Of a stretch of 64,000 nucleotides of DNA, positions 55,561 to 64,000 are shown piece after piece. The notes below the pieces were generated by a model. The model worked only from the letters and a program-made list of their open reading frames with translations. It ran no database searches and was not told the DNA's origin. Origin of the DNA: Planctomycetota bacterium (GTDB lineage Bacteria > Planctomycetota > UBA1135 > UBA2386); assembly GCA_965228735.1 (NCBI GenBank), contig OZ245838.1, positions 6,912,001-6,976,000 on the forward strand, given 5' to 3'. Position 1 is the stretch's first letter. Every line of letters starts with the position of its first letter. Both the position numbers and the translations under genes were made by a program.

Positions 55561-56556
55561 CTAGCGCTTTTCGTTCGGCGTCGGCCGCAGCAGCCGTTCG
55601 GCGTAGAGCGGGATGCGCCGCACGAGATCGACCGCCGCATCGGGATCGGTCACAGCCAGGGCTTCGAAGCGGCGCTCGAACGCGCGGTGGTCGCGGCGCC
55701 AGATCCCGGTCCATTCCCGCTCCTGGAGCAGGTGTCCGAGGTTGTAGCGGATCCGCGCGACGTCGGTCTGGGGCTCGGGGGCGGGCGGCGGAGGCGTCCA
55801 GTTCGGGAAGTAGAGCGACCGCAGCTCGTTGGCCCGGTCGCGCTGGTCGGCGGCCTCGGCGCGCAGTACGCGACCCGCGAACACGCGGCGCGTGAACGGC
55901 GGTCGGTAGGTCCGGGTCGAGCGCTGGCGGATGCGGTCGAGGCGGCTCGGCATCGCCTGGTCTTCGTACCACCGTTCGGCTGCGGCCACGAGCGGGCGCA
56001 GCGGCGGCGGCGCGGCCTCGGGTTTGCCGAGGACCTCGAACACCGTGTCGGTGTCCTGGCCGCGCAGGGCGTCGAACTGGCTGATCTCGAGCGTCGAGTC
56101 CGCTTCTCGGAACAGCGGGCGCAGGTCCGGCGGCGCGTCGGTGAAGTCGATGCGGTCGCCGCTCGTGAGCTCGATGCGCTGCAGCTCCATGAGTCGAGCG
56201 GCTGCGATCCAACGCTGCAGGTTGCGCGGGCGTTGGGCCGTCAGCACGTCGCGGTACAGCGATTCGGCCGCGCCGACGTCGAGGTCGAGCACTTCGCGCA
56301 GCCAGCCGCGGTGCAGTTCCGACGGCACGGCGGCATCGTCCTGGGTCGCGCTCCTGCGGGTCGGCATCGACGTGACGATCGGTTGGGCCGGTTCGTCATC
56401 GGTCGCGCCGGGGCGTTCCGAGGTCGCGGTCGCCGCCTTTTCCGAGGCGCCGTCCGTCGGTCCCTGCGGCGTGAACGCGAGCAGCGCGGCGGCGATCGCC
56501 GCCATCGTGAGCCCGGCTGCGAAGCGTTCGATGCCAGTCGTCGCGGTGCCGTTCAC
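55561..56556 (-). CDS. Exported hypothetical protein
   Basis: N-terminal hydrophobic segment; directly follows the response regulator; GGAG RBS. Confidence 0.65.
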   Translation of the reverse strand: MNGTATTGIERFAAGLTMAAIAAALLAFTPQGPTDGASEKAATATSERPGATDDEPAQPIVTSMPTRRSATQDDAAVPSELHRGWLREVLDLDVGAAESLYRDVLTAQRPRNLQRWIAAARLMELQRIELTSGDRIDFTDAPPDLRPLFREADSTLEISQFDALRGQDTDTVFEVLGKPEAAPPPLRPLVAAAERWYEDQAMPSRLDRIRQRSTRTYRPPFTRRVFAGRVLRAEAADQRDRANELRSLYFPNWTPPPPAPEPQTDVARIRYNLGHLLQEREWTGIWRRDHRAFERRFEALAVTDPDAAVDLVRRIPLYAERLLRPTPNEKR

Positions 56557-56561
56557 CTTGC

Positions 56562-57296
56562 CTACTCCTCGCCCTCCAGTTGGGACTCGAAGCGGTAGCC
56601 GAGGCCGTGCACGGTCACGACGTGCACCGGGTTCTCGACGTCGCGCTCGACCTTCTTGCGCAGGCGCGCGATGTGGTTGTCCACCGTGCGCGTCGCCGGC
56701 AGGTGGACGTAGCCCCAGACGCGGCGCAGCAGGTCCTGGCGGCTCACGACCTCGCCGCGGCGGTCGATCAGCATGCGCAGGATCTCGGCCTCGTAGCGCG
56801 AGAGCTGCGCTTCCTCGCCGTCGCGCACCACGGTGTAGCGCTTCCAGTCGACGGTCAGGTCCGGGAACTTCATCACCGTCGCCGTCGGCTTGTTGGTCAC
56901 GCCCGCGCGCGCGCCCGCCTGCGTGCGGCGCAGCACGGCCCGGATGCGCGCCGTGAGCTCGCTGAGGCCGAACGGCTTCGTCAGATAGTCGTCGGCGCCG
57001 AGCTCGAGGCCGGCGACCTTGTCGCGGTCCTGCCCCTTCGCCGAGATGATGATGACGGGCGTCTCGTGGCCGGTGTCACGCAGCGTGCGCAGCACCTCGA
57101 GGCCGGGCATCACGGGCAGCATGAGGTCGAGCAGGATGAGCGAAGCCCGACCCTCGCGCGCCTTGCGCAGCCCCTCGTTGCCGTCGGCCGCGGTGTCCAC
57201 CGTGTAGCCCTCGAGCTCGAGGTTGTGCTGCAGGCCCTCCCGCAGGTCGGGCTCGTCCTCGATCACGAGGACCGTCGTGTCACTGAGATTGCTCAT
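56562..57296 (-). CDS. OmpR/PhoB family response regulator
   Basis: VIEDE, LLDLMLP, GADDYLTKPF, TRTVDNHIARLRKK, TVHGLGYRF. Confidence 0.95.
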   Translation of the reverse strand: MSNLSDTTVLVIEDEPDLREGLQHNLELEGYTVDTAADGNEGLRKAREGRASLILLDLMLPVMPGLEVLRTLRDTGHETPVIIISAKGQDRDKVAGLELGADDYLTKPFGLSELTARIRAVLRRTQAGARAGVTNKPTATVMKFPDLTVDWKRYTVVRDGEEAQLSRYEAEILRMLIDRRGEVVSRQDLLRRVWGYVHLPATRTVDNHIARLRKKVERDVENPVHVVTVHGLGYRFESQLEGEE

Positions 57297-59482
57297 GAGT
57301 CGTCGTTTCGATTCTTGGCTGCGCTGCCGGCCCTGCGGGCGAGCGGGAGCACGATACGAAAGATCGCGCCGCCGCCCTCGCGTTCTTCGGCCTCCGCGTC
57401 GCCGTCGTGGCTCTGCGCGAAATGCCGAACGAGGCTGAGGCCGATGCCAGCGCCGCGAACTTCGCCCGAATTGCTAGCGCGAAAGAACGCGTCGAACACC
57501 TGGTCACATTCTTGTTGCGGGATCCCGCGGCCGTGGTCCCGCACCTCGATGGTCGCTCGTGAGCGCGCTTCGTCGACGCGCAGGTCGAGTTCGATCTCGT
57601 TGTCGTCGTCGCCCTCGAGCGAGTACTTCGCCGCGTTCTCGAGCAGGTTGAGCACCGCGCTCTCGCACGCGTTCTGATCGCACCGCACCCAGGCACTGCC
57701 GTGCACCGTGTCGGACAGCATCACGCCGCGCGATTCGAGGTGTGGGGCGTAGGCGTCGGCGATCTCGCGCAGCAGCTCGCCGAGATCGAACTCGGTGGGG
57801 CTGTAGGTCAGCGTGCCGGCCTGCTGCCGCGAGAAGTCGAGGATCCGCTGGATCATCGTCGTGAGCCGCTCGGACTCGCGCGTGATGATTCCGCCGAAGT
57901 GCTGCGACTGCTCGTCGTCGCGCACGCGGCCGAGCATCAGGGTCTCGCCGTACATCCGGATCAGCGCGATCGGGGTCTTGAGCTCGTGCGACACGCGCGA
58001 GACGAGGTCGACCTTGAGCGCGGCGAGCTCCGACTCGCGGTTGACGGAGCGCCACAGCCACAGCGCGCCGGCCATCGCCGCGACGAACAGCACGAGGAAC
58101 AAGAGCAGGCGATTGCGCGTCCGCGCGTTGCTCTCGGCGAGCAGGCGTCGCGAGTCGGCGGGGTAGACGCTGAGCTTGATGCCGCGGTGCACCACCGACG
58201 GGGGCACCCAGTCGGGCGGCACGTCGACGGGCGGCGGCACGATCGTGCCGGCCGCGCTGTCCTCGGGATCGCCGATCGCGATCACGAACTCATTGTCCTC
58301 ATCGCCGCTGTCGAGGAACTCGCCGAGGGCGGGCGCCATCAGGGCGCCGAGGTCGACGTGCAGGCCGATGCGCGCGGCCCCATCGTAGCGTTCCTTCTCC
58401 ACCGGCTCGGCGTCGCGCACCCAGAGCATCGTCGTGGCCTGCCCGAGCGTCGCGACGATCTGGACGTCGCCGCCGGCCTCCGGGCCCGCCCCTTCGTCGT
58501 CGGGTGGGGGTGTTCTCCCGTCGGGCGGCTCGGACTGCCGCAGCCGCAGGCGCAGGTCACCCTTGAGGATCGCGTCGTAGTCCGCGGCGAACGCGCGGGT
58601 CTGGGCGCGCTGTCGTTCCTTCGCGAGCGCGATCTGGGCCTCGGTGAAGTAGCGCGAACCGCGATCGATGCCCTCGACGATGCGTTCGACGACCGCGGTC
58701 TGGAAACCGTCCTCGATCGCGGTGTAGCGCCGATCGCTCGCCATCCTGGCCAGCAGGTCCATCCGGTCGGCATCGTCGCCGTACTCGGCGAGCGCGATCT
58801 CGCACATGAGCCCGACGGGTTCCCAGCCCCGGATGCGGCGGCTGCTCTTCGGGAACGTGATATCCCGGACGGTCTCGAAGCCGGCGATCGCCTCGGTCTC
58901 GCGACCGAGTCGGCGGTGCGCTGTCGCCAGCTTGAAGCGGGCGCGCAGGTACGATCGCGTCCGCGTCTCCTTGGCCTTCTCCAGCTTTGCTGTCAGCGCC
59001 TCGAGCAACTCGGCGCCCTTCTCGAAGTGCCCCTGCGCGAGCCACAGCTCGGCGAGGTTGAGACTGTTGTACGGCAGCACGTCCGGGCCGCGGCCCTTCG
59101 GTTCGTCCGCGAACGGCAGCGCCATCGACGACGGGGATGCAGGCGGGTAGAGCACGACGCTCTGCTCGTCGAGCACGACGATGTCGAGCAGCGCCGAGTA
59201 CCGCCCCTGCAGCTGCTGCGTCGCCTCGATCGCACCGATGTGCCCGACGAGATCGCGTGACTCCGCGACCAGCTCCTGCATGAGGAAGTCGATCTGCCCC
59301 TCGAGCGCGGATTCGGCGTTCTCCAGGTAGAGCTGCGCCTCCGCCAGGAGTCCGGCCTCGATCTGATCGCCCTGCCGCCGCAGCTCGCTCCACCCGAGGA
59401 TCGCCAGCACGGCGAGCGGGATCAGGAACGAGCACAGGGCCAGCAGATGCCGGCGGCTGAAGCGGGAGCGGGAGGGGGTCAT
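57293..59482 (-). CDS. Membrane sensor histidine kinase
   Basis: Two TM helices; VSHELKTPI, NLLENAAKYS, DHGRGIP, GAGIGL. Confidence 0.93.
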   Translation of the reverse strand: MTPSRSRFSRRHLLALCSFLIPLAVLAILGWSELRRQGDQIEAGLLAEAQLYLENAESALEGQIDFLMQELVAESRDLVGHIGAIEATQQLQGRYSALLDIVVLDEQSVVLYPPASPSSMALPFADEPKGRGPDVLPYNSLNLAELWLAQGHFEKGAELLEALTAKLEKAKETRTRSYLRARFKLATAHRRLGRETEAIAGFETVRDITFPKSSRRIRGWEPVGLMCEIALAEYGDDADRMDLLARMASDRRYTAIEDGFQTAVVERIVEGIDRGSRYFTEAQIALAKERQRAQTRAFAADYDAILKGDLRLRLRQSEPPDGRTPPPDDEGAGPEAGGDVQIVATLGQATTMLWVRDAEPVEKERYDGAARIGLHVDLGALMAPALGEFLDSGDEDNEFVIAIGDPEDSAAGTIVPPPVDVPPDWVPPSVVHRGIKLSVYPADSRRLLAESNARTRNRLLLFLVLFVAAMAGALWLWRSVNRESELAALKVDLVSRVSHELKTPIALIRMYGETLMLGRVRDDEQSQHFGGIITRESERLTTMIQRILDFSRQQAGTLTYSPTEFDLGELLREIADAYAPHLESRGVMLSDTVHGSAWVRCDQNACESAVLNLLENAAKYSLEGDDDNEIELDLRVDEARSRATIEVRDHGRGIPQQECDQVFDAFFRASNSGEVRGAGIGLSLVRHFAQSHDGDAEAEEREGGGAIFRIVLPLARRAGSAAKNRNDDS

Positions 59483-59545
59483 GCGGAGCACGTGCCGTGG
59501 CGGGGAACGGGCGCGATCCGCCAGAGCCCACCGAGCCCCCAAAGC

Positions 59546-60442
59546 CTACTGGGCGCGCGGGTTCGGCGCGAGGCGTGGCGCGGGCCCGGCAGCCTCGACC
59601 AGGGTGCCGCCGAACGCGACGAGCCGGTCGCGGACCGCCGCGATCGTCGCCGCGGGCGTCGAGGTCCCGGCCGTGAGACCGACGGTGCTGCAGTTGGCGA
59701 ACCACTCCGGTTGCAGTGCCGGGGCCGAATCGACGTGGTAGGCGACCACGCCGCGGCGGCGCGCCGTCTCGGCGAGGGCCCGCGTGTTGTTCGAACCGAG
59801 GCCGCCGACCGCCACGAGCACGTCGACGCGGGCGATCAACTCGTCCAGTGCTTCGATCCGTGCCTTCGTGGGGGCGCAGATCGTGTCGACGAAGCGCACG
59901 TCGCTCGTCGGATTGGCCGCGCGGATCGCGGCGCGAATCGCGGCGGCCTTGGCAACCGGGGTCGTCGTCTGGCAAAGCACGCCGAGGCGCGGTTCGCCCC
60001 AGCTCTCGACGTCCGCCGCCGTCGCGACGACGATCGGGTCGGCCAGGTCCTCGGTCAGGCCGCGGACCTCGACGTGACCGGGTTTGCCGATCACGATGAC
60101 CCGGCGCCCCTCGGCCTGCAGCATGAGCGCGTTCGCGTGCGCCTTCGTCACGAGCGGGCACGTGGTGTCGAGCACCAGCTTGCCCGCGTTCTCGAGCCGC
60201 GACCGTTCGCGGTTGCTCACGCCGTGGGCCGTGACGAGCACGCGCGGCGTCGCCGGCACGGGCCGTTCGTCCTCGGGCGAACGGGCGAACCCGCGCCGGT
60301 CGAGATCGCGCAGCACGTCCTCGTTGTGCACCAACTCGCCGTGGATCGTGACCGTTTCGGGATCCTGGACGTCGTGGATCAGCGCCAGCGCGTCGCGCAC
60401 GCCGAAACACATGCCCATGGCCGCGGCTTCGAGGATCTGCAT
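59546..60442 (-). CDS. ispH: 4-hydroxy-3-methylbut-2-enyl diphosphate reductase
   Basis: Three Fe-S cysteines (GMCFGV, TTCPLV, DTIC), LVHN, AHGV, GHVEV, QTT, TAGTSTP. Confidence 0.93.
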   Translation of the reverse strand: MQILEAAAMGMCFGVRDALALIHDVQDPETVTIHGELVHNEDVLRDLDRRGFARSPEDERPVPATPRVLVTAHGVSNRERSRLENAGKLVLDTTCPLVTKAHANALMLQAEGRRVIVIGKPGHVEVRGLTEDLADPIVVATAADVESWGEPRLGVLCQTTTPVAKAAAIRAAIRAANPTSDVRFVDTICAPTKARIEALDELIARVDVLVAVGGLGSNNTRALAETARRRGVVAYHVDSAPALQPEWFANCSTVGLTAGTSTPAATIAAVRDRLVAFGGTLVEAAGPAPRLAPNPRAQ

Positions 60443-60547
60443 TGGAGGGGCGGGGAGTGGGGGTGTTCCATCCGGCTTTGCGTCGCAAAGCACTTGTGAA
60501 GACCGAACGCTACCGCGATCACCCCGACCCCTCAACCCCCTCCGGAG

Positions 60548-60693
60548 CTGATGTCGTGCGTGTGGACGGGTCGGCGGCTATGCGTTGCACCACAAATACT
60601 TCTGCAGCTGGCGGGGTCGCAAGGACGACCACCCGGGCGGGAATGGGCCCCGCGCAACGGCGTACCGGCGGCCATCCACACGCAGGACATCAG
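60548..60693. repeat. MITE-like element, copy A (22-bp terminal inverted repeats)
   Basis: CTGATGTCGTGCGTGTGGACGG / CCATCCACACGCAGGACATCAG, complementary at 20 of 22 positions. Confidence 0.65.
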
Positions 60694-60878
60694 TAGGGTG
60701 GGATGCCTTGGCAATCGTCCCGTGGGAAAAGCACAATCCAGGTCGAACCCGGGCGCAGTGCACGACTAGATACCCCCGGCCACCGGTGCGCGTCCCCTCG
60801 GCGTCCGGCTGCCGAACCCATTACCATCGTGCGACGGGCTCCTCCGTGAACCTCGTTGCCCGCAACCCTCTTACTGGC

Positions 60879-62114
60879 ATGACTCAACTCCGGCTCGTTT
60901 CGGCCGCGATGGCGCTCGCTCCGCTGGCCCTCGCATCCCTCGCTTCCGCCCAGAATCCTCTCGGCACGATCACCAACGTCGGTACGACGTGGGCGACGCG
61001 CGGCCTGTCGGCCGCGTCCGAGCAGAACGCGGCGACTCTCTTCACGCGCTACGACAGCGATGCCTACGCGGGCTACACGTCGAGCTCGGCGCCCAACGTG
61101 CGGCAGGTCGTCGGCGTGAGCTTCGTGCTCCAGGACAACGACCTCTCGACGCAGGACTCGTTCAACCTGGTCGTCTGGTCGGGTGATCCGGCCAACCCCA
61201 ACTACCCCGACGTCACCTCGGGCATGGTGAGCGGTGGTCTGCCGTTCGCCTTCCCCGTCGGCTCCGGTGGCGGCGCGTTCTTCGCCAACGCCAACTTCGC
61301 GACGCCGGTCACGCTGCCCGCGACGGAGGACGTTTACGTCGGCCTGCAGTTCAACTCGGCGTGGACGATCGCCGGCGGTCAGATCACCGACGGGCTGTCG
61401 ATCTGGGAGTGCCAGCAGCAGGCGCCGACGACGCCGCAGACGGGGCAGTCCTGGGACGAGCCGGGCGGCGGTGCCGTCGGCCTGCCGATGCCCGAGGACA
61501 CGAACTTCTCGGGCTACTACGTGGCCGCCACCAACCCGGCGACCCCGCCGACCTACCAGACCGAGAACTCGATGTTCAAGATCGAGCCGGTCATCCCCGG
61601 CTCGGGCGGCGTCGCGGGCGCGCTCACCAACCAGGTGACCCACCCCGAGAGCACGCTGACCTCCGCGGCCGGCTTCCAGGTCCAGGTCCCGGGCGCGGGC
61701 ACGGCGTGCATGCACTCGGCGCTCTTCCCCGATGCGGCGACGCCGTCGGTCGGCGCGGGCCGGGCGGACGACCTCGTGCAGTTCTTCCGTGACGACACGA
61801 TCCCGGTGGGCAGCCCGGTCTTCTTCCTGATCGACCTCGGCCAGTTCAACCCGGTCGAGATCGGCCTCGACCAGTTCGTCCCGGGTTCGACGGGCGTCAC
61901 GTGCCTCAACTTCTCGGCTGCCAACCTCGGCTTCGTGCCGACCGCGGCCGTGACCGTCGGCACCGCGACCGAGAATCGGGCGCACCTCGTGACCCAGTTC
62001 CCGGCGACCGCGCGTCCGCTGCTCAGCGGCGTGTCGTGGGTGCGCCAGGCCATCGCGATCGACGTCACGACGAACACGCTGCACGCGACGGCCTGCACGC
62101 GCCAGCGCACGTAG
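60879..62114 (+). CDS. Secreted beta-rich hypothetical protein
   Basis: Signal peptide ending ASAQ; Thr/Gly/Pro/Asn-rich; strong GC3 bias. Confidence 0.75.
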   Translation: MTQLRLVSAAMALAPLALASLASAQNPLGTITNVGTTWATRGLSAASEQNAATLFTRYDSDAYAGYTSSSAPNVRQVVGVSFVLQDNDLSTQDSFNLVVWSGDPANPNYPDVTSGMVSGGLPFAFPVGSGGGAFFANANFATPVTLPATEDVYVGLQFNSAWTIAGGQITDGLSIWECQQQAPTTPQTGQSWDEPGGGAVGLPMPEDTNFSGYYVAATNPATPPTYQTENSMFKIEPVIPGSGGVAGALTNQVTHPESTLTSAAGFQVQVPGAGTACMHSALFPDAATPSVGAGRADDLVQFFRDDTIPVGSPVFFLIDLGQFNPVEIGLDQFVPGSTGVTCLNFSAANLGFVPTAAVTVGTATENRAHLVTQFPATARPLLSGVSWVRQAIAIDVTTNTLHATACTRQRT

Positions 62115-62182
62115 GCGTTCGGCGTTCGTTGCCGGGCCGGGTATCCCGATCCGGGTATCCCGGTCCGTGCGTTCCCCGGCCG

Positions 62183-62683
62183 TTACTTGCCGGGAATGAT
62201 CGCGCCCGGCGGCAGGTCGCTCGTGCGCGGTGCCACCGGCACGGGATCGCGCGGGTGCAGCGAGTAGCTCACCGCGTCCGCGCGGCCGAGGTCCGGGCGG
62301 TAGATCATCATCGTGGTCGAATACGTGCCGTCCGCGTGCACGTACCAGTCGAGCCCCGCGTTGTGCTCCTGGCGGACGATCGGGGACCACTCCGGGTTGT
62401 TCCACAGCAGCTTCGGCGGGTTCTTCACGCCGTTGAGCGGTTCGGCGTAGCCGCCGTCGGGCAGCAGCAGTTTGCCGGCGGCGGGGTCGTTCGGTTCCTC
62501 GGGACCGGGTTCGGCGACGTTGCCGGTGGCGATCGGCGCCGGCTCGGTCTCCTCCTGGGTTGGCGCCGGCTCGGGCGGCTTCGTCGGAGCCGAGTCCTCG
62601 TCGCCCGTCAGGGCGAACCAGGTCACCGCACCGCCGATCGCGGCGGCGCCGAGCAGGGCGAACGACAGACGGGCGGCACTCAC
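62183..62683 (-). CDS. Membrane-anchored hypothetical protein
   Basis: N-terminal TM, Pro/Glu linker, globular C-terminus. Confidence 0.65.
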   Translation of the reverse strand: MSAARLSFALLGAAAIGGAVTWFALTGDEDSAPTKPPEPAPTQEETEPAPIATGNVAEPGPEEPNDPAAGKLLLPDGGYAEPLNGVKNPPKLLWNNPEWSPIVRQEHNAGLDWYVHADGTYSTTMMIYRPDLGRADAVSYSLHPRDPVPVAPRTSDLPPGAIIPGK

Positions 62684-62735
62684 AGCATCAGTGTAGCGCG
62701 CTCGGCGCGCGGGTTACCGGGAATGGCGGGCCAGG

Positions 62736-64000
62736 TCACCGCGAGAGCAGCAGGATCTCCGCTCGGCTCGGGTGGTCGAATGCTGGCTCGGGCAGGTCGA
62801 TCACCCGGAAGCCGAGGGCGCCGAGCTCGGATTCGGTGATGGCGGTTCGGCCCCGTTTCAGCGCCACGTAGCGGCACGCGGGATCGCCGGCGAGGCGCAG
62901 CAGGTCTTCGGATTCGATGCGCCGCGGCGGCGGTGGCGGCAGGCCCGCGAAGTAGACGAGTCGCGGCATGTCGGAGACGACGGTGTCCTTCGGTGCGAGC
63001 CGCGCGGCGAGCGCGCGCCCCAAGACACGTTCGATCGTGCGATCCGCGGGATGGCTGAAGAACAGCTTGGCCTCGCTGGCGAGCACGAGCGCCAGGAGCA
63101 GCAGCGGCGCGACGCGGCCGTGACGGCGCAGTCGTCGCCACAGCAGCGCCAGCGTGATGCCGGCGAACGGCAGCAGCAGGACGCCGAGGCCGGCCGCGAA
63201 GCGATGATGGCTCTTCAGCAGCGGCACGACCGCGAGTTGGGCGAGGAACGGCAGCACGAGTGCCGTTCCCGGGTGGGCGAAGCGGCGCGGTCCGAACCGG
63301 ATCGCCCCGTAGACGAGCAGCGGGAACGCGACGTAGCCCAGCCCTTCCCACGCGTCGCCGGGCCACCGCAGCCACTGGGTCACGTAGTGCCCGAGTGCGC
63401 TGTCGGAACCGCCGGCGCCGACGTCCCAGTTGAACGCGGCCTTCGGCGTGATCGTGAAGCCGTGCCCGCGCACCATCATCCCGAGCGGCAGCAGGCTGCA
63501 GACCAGGGTTCCGGTCGCGGCATGCGCGACCGCCGCGCGACGTTGGCCGGTGGCGATGAGCCATAGCGTGCCGGCGACGATCAGCGCGGCGCCCTCGGGG
63601 CGCGCGAGGAAGGCGAGGCCGCCGAGCAGCGCGCTCGCGCACACCGAAAGGCAGGGGCGGGCATCGCGGGTCGACCGTTCGCCGAGCAGCAGCGCGGCCC
63701 AACTCGTGGCGGCGAGGAAGAACGGACCCTCGCTCATGCACTCCGCCGGATGGCGCACGAACCAGACGCCGATCGCGTAGAGCAGCGCGGTGGCGAACGC
63801 GGCGCGGCGGCCGAACAGGTGCTGCGTGAGCCGCCACAGCGGCAGGATCGCGGCCGCTGCCGTGGCGGCTGCGACGAGTTGCCCGACGGTGACGGGATCG
63901 AGTGTGGGGCCGCAGCGCAGACCGAACGCGATCAGCAGCGGATACAGCGGATGGAACACGCTGTCGAAGAGCGCGCCCGGCTCACCCGTCGCGACGCGTT
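62736..64000 (-). CDS. ArnT/PMT-like (GT-C) membrane glycosyltransferase; 5' end outside the window
   Basis: HPLYPLL, MSEGPF, LAFLARPEG, many TM helices; the frame stays open to the window edge. Confidence 0.75.
   Translation of the reverse strand, partial: RVATGEPGALFDSVFHPLYPLLIAFGLRCGPTLDPVTVGQLVAAATAAAAILPLWRLTQHLFGRRAAFATALLYAIGVWFVRHPAECMSEGPFFLAATSWAALLLGERSTRDARPCLSVCASALLGGLAFLARPEGAALIVAGTLWLIATGQRRAAVAHAATGTLVCSLLPLGMMVRGHGFTITPKAAFNWDVGAGGSDSALGHYVTQWLRWPGDAWEGLGYVAFPLLVYGAIRFGPRRFAHPGTALVLPFLAQLAVVPLLKSHHRFAAGLGVLLLPFAGITLALLWRRLRRHGRVAPLLLLALVLASEAKLFFSHPADRTIERVLGRALAARLAPKDTVVSDMPRLVYFAGLPPPPPRRIESEDLLRLAGDPACRYVALKRGRTAITESELGALGFRVIDLPEPAFDHPSRAEILLLSR

Overview
High-GC (about 70% by eye) bacterial chromosomal window. 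The gene repertoire (a TIGR02999-type ECF sigma with a TPR Ser/Thr kinase, BlaI/M56 pairs, a DUF1580-like gene, many signal-peptide proteins) points to Planctomycetota; this is an inference. The window holds about 55 credible CDSs, including dgt, truD, an RluA-family synthase, mtnP, ispH, a glycosylasparaginase, a two-component pair, glycosyltransferases and secreted enzymes. There are three tRNAs: Gln-TTG, Gln-CTG and Glu-CTC. Four things stand out. (1) A split thioredoxin-fold gene (17273-18526) reads through an in-frame TGA followed by a SECIS-like hairpin, so it is a candidate selenoprotein. (2) A roughly 270-nt minus-strand non-coding unit (46491-46761) has a sigma54 promoter, a terminator and three hairpins that each display the loop AGGCGAG, so it is a candidate protein-sponge sRNA. 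(3) An 8.28-kb element is integrated in tRNA-Gln, with 45-bp att repeats, a tyrosine integrase, arm-type sites (including an orphan internal pair), a Rep-like gene with 22-bp-phased internal iterons and a hairpin-dense non-coding block. It has no recognisable virion or conjugation genes and looks satellite-like. (4) An ECF sigma and a kinase lie head-to-head with overlapping start codons. Several small MITE/REP-like palindromes are also present. No CRISPR array or rRNA was seen. All protein family calls are by motif recognition by eye, not by database search.
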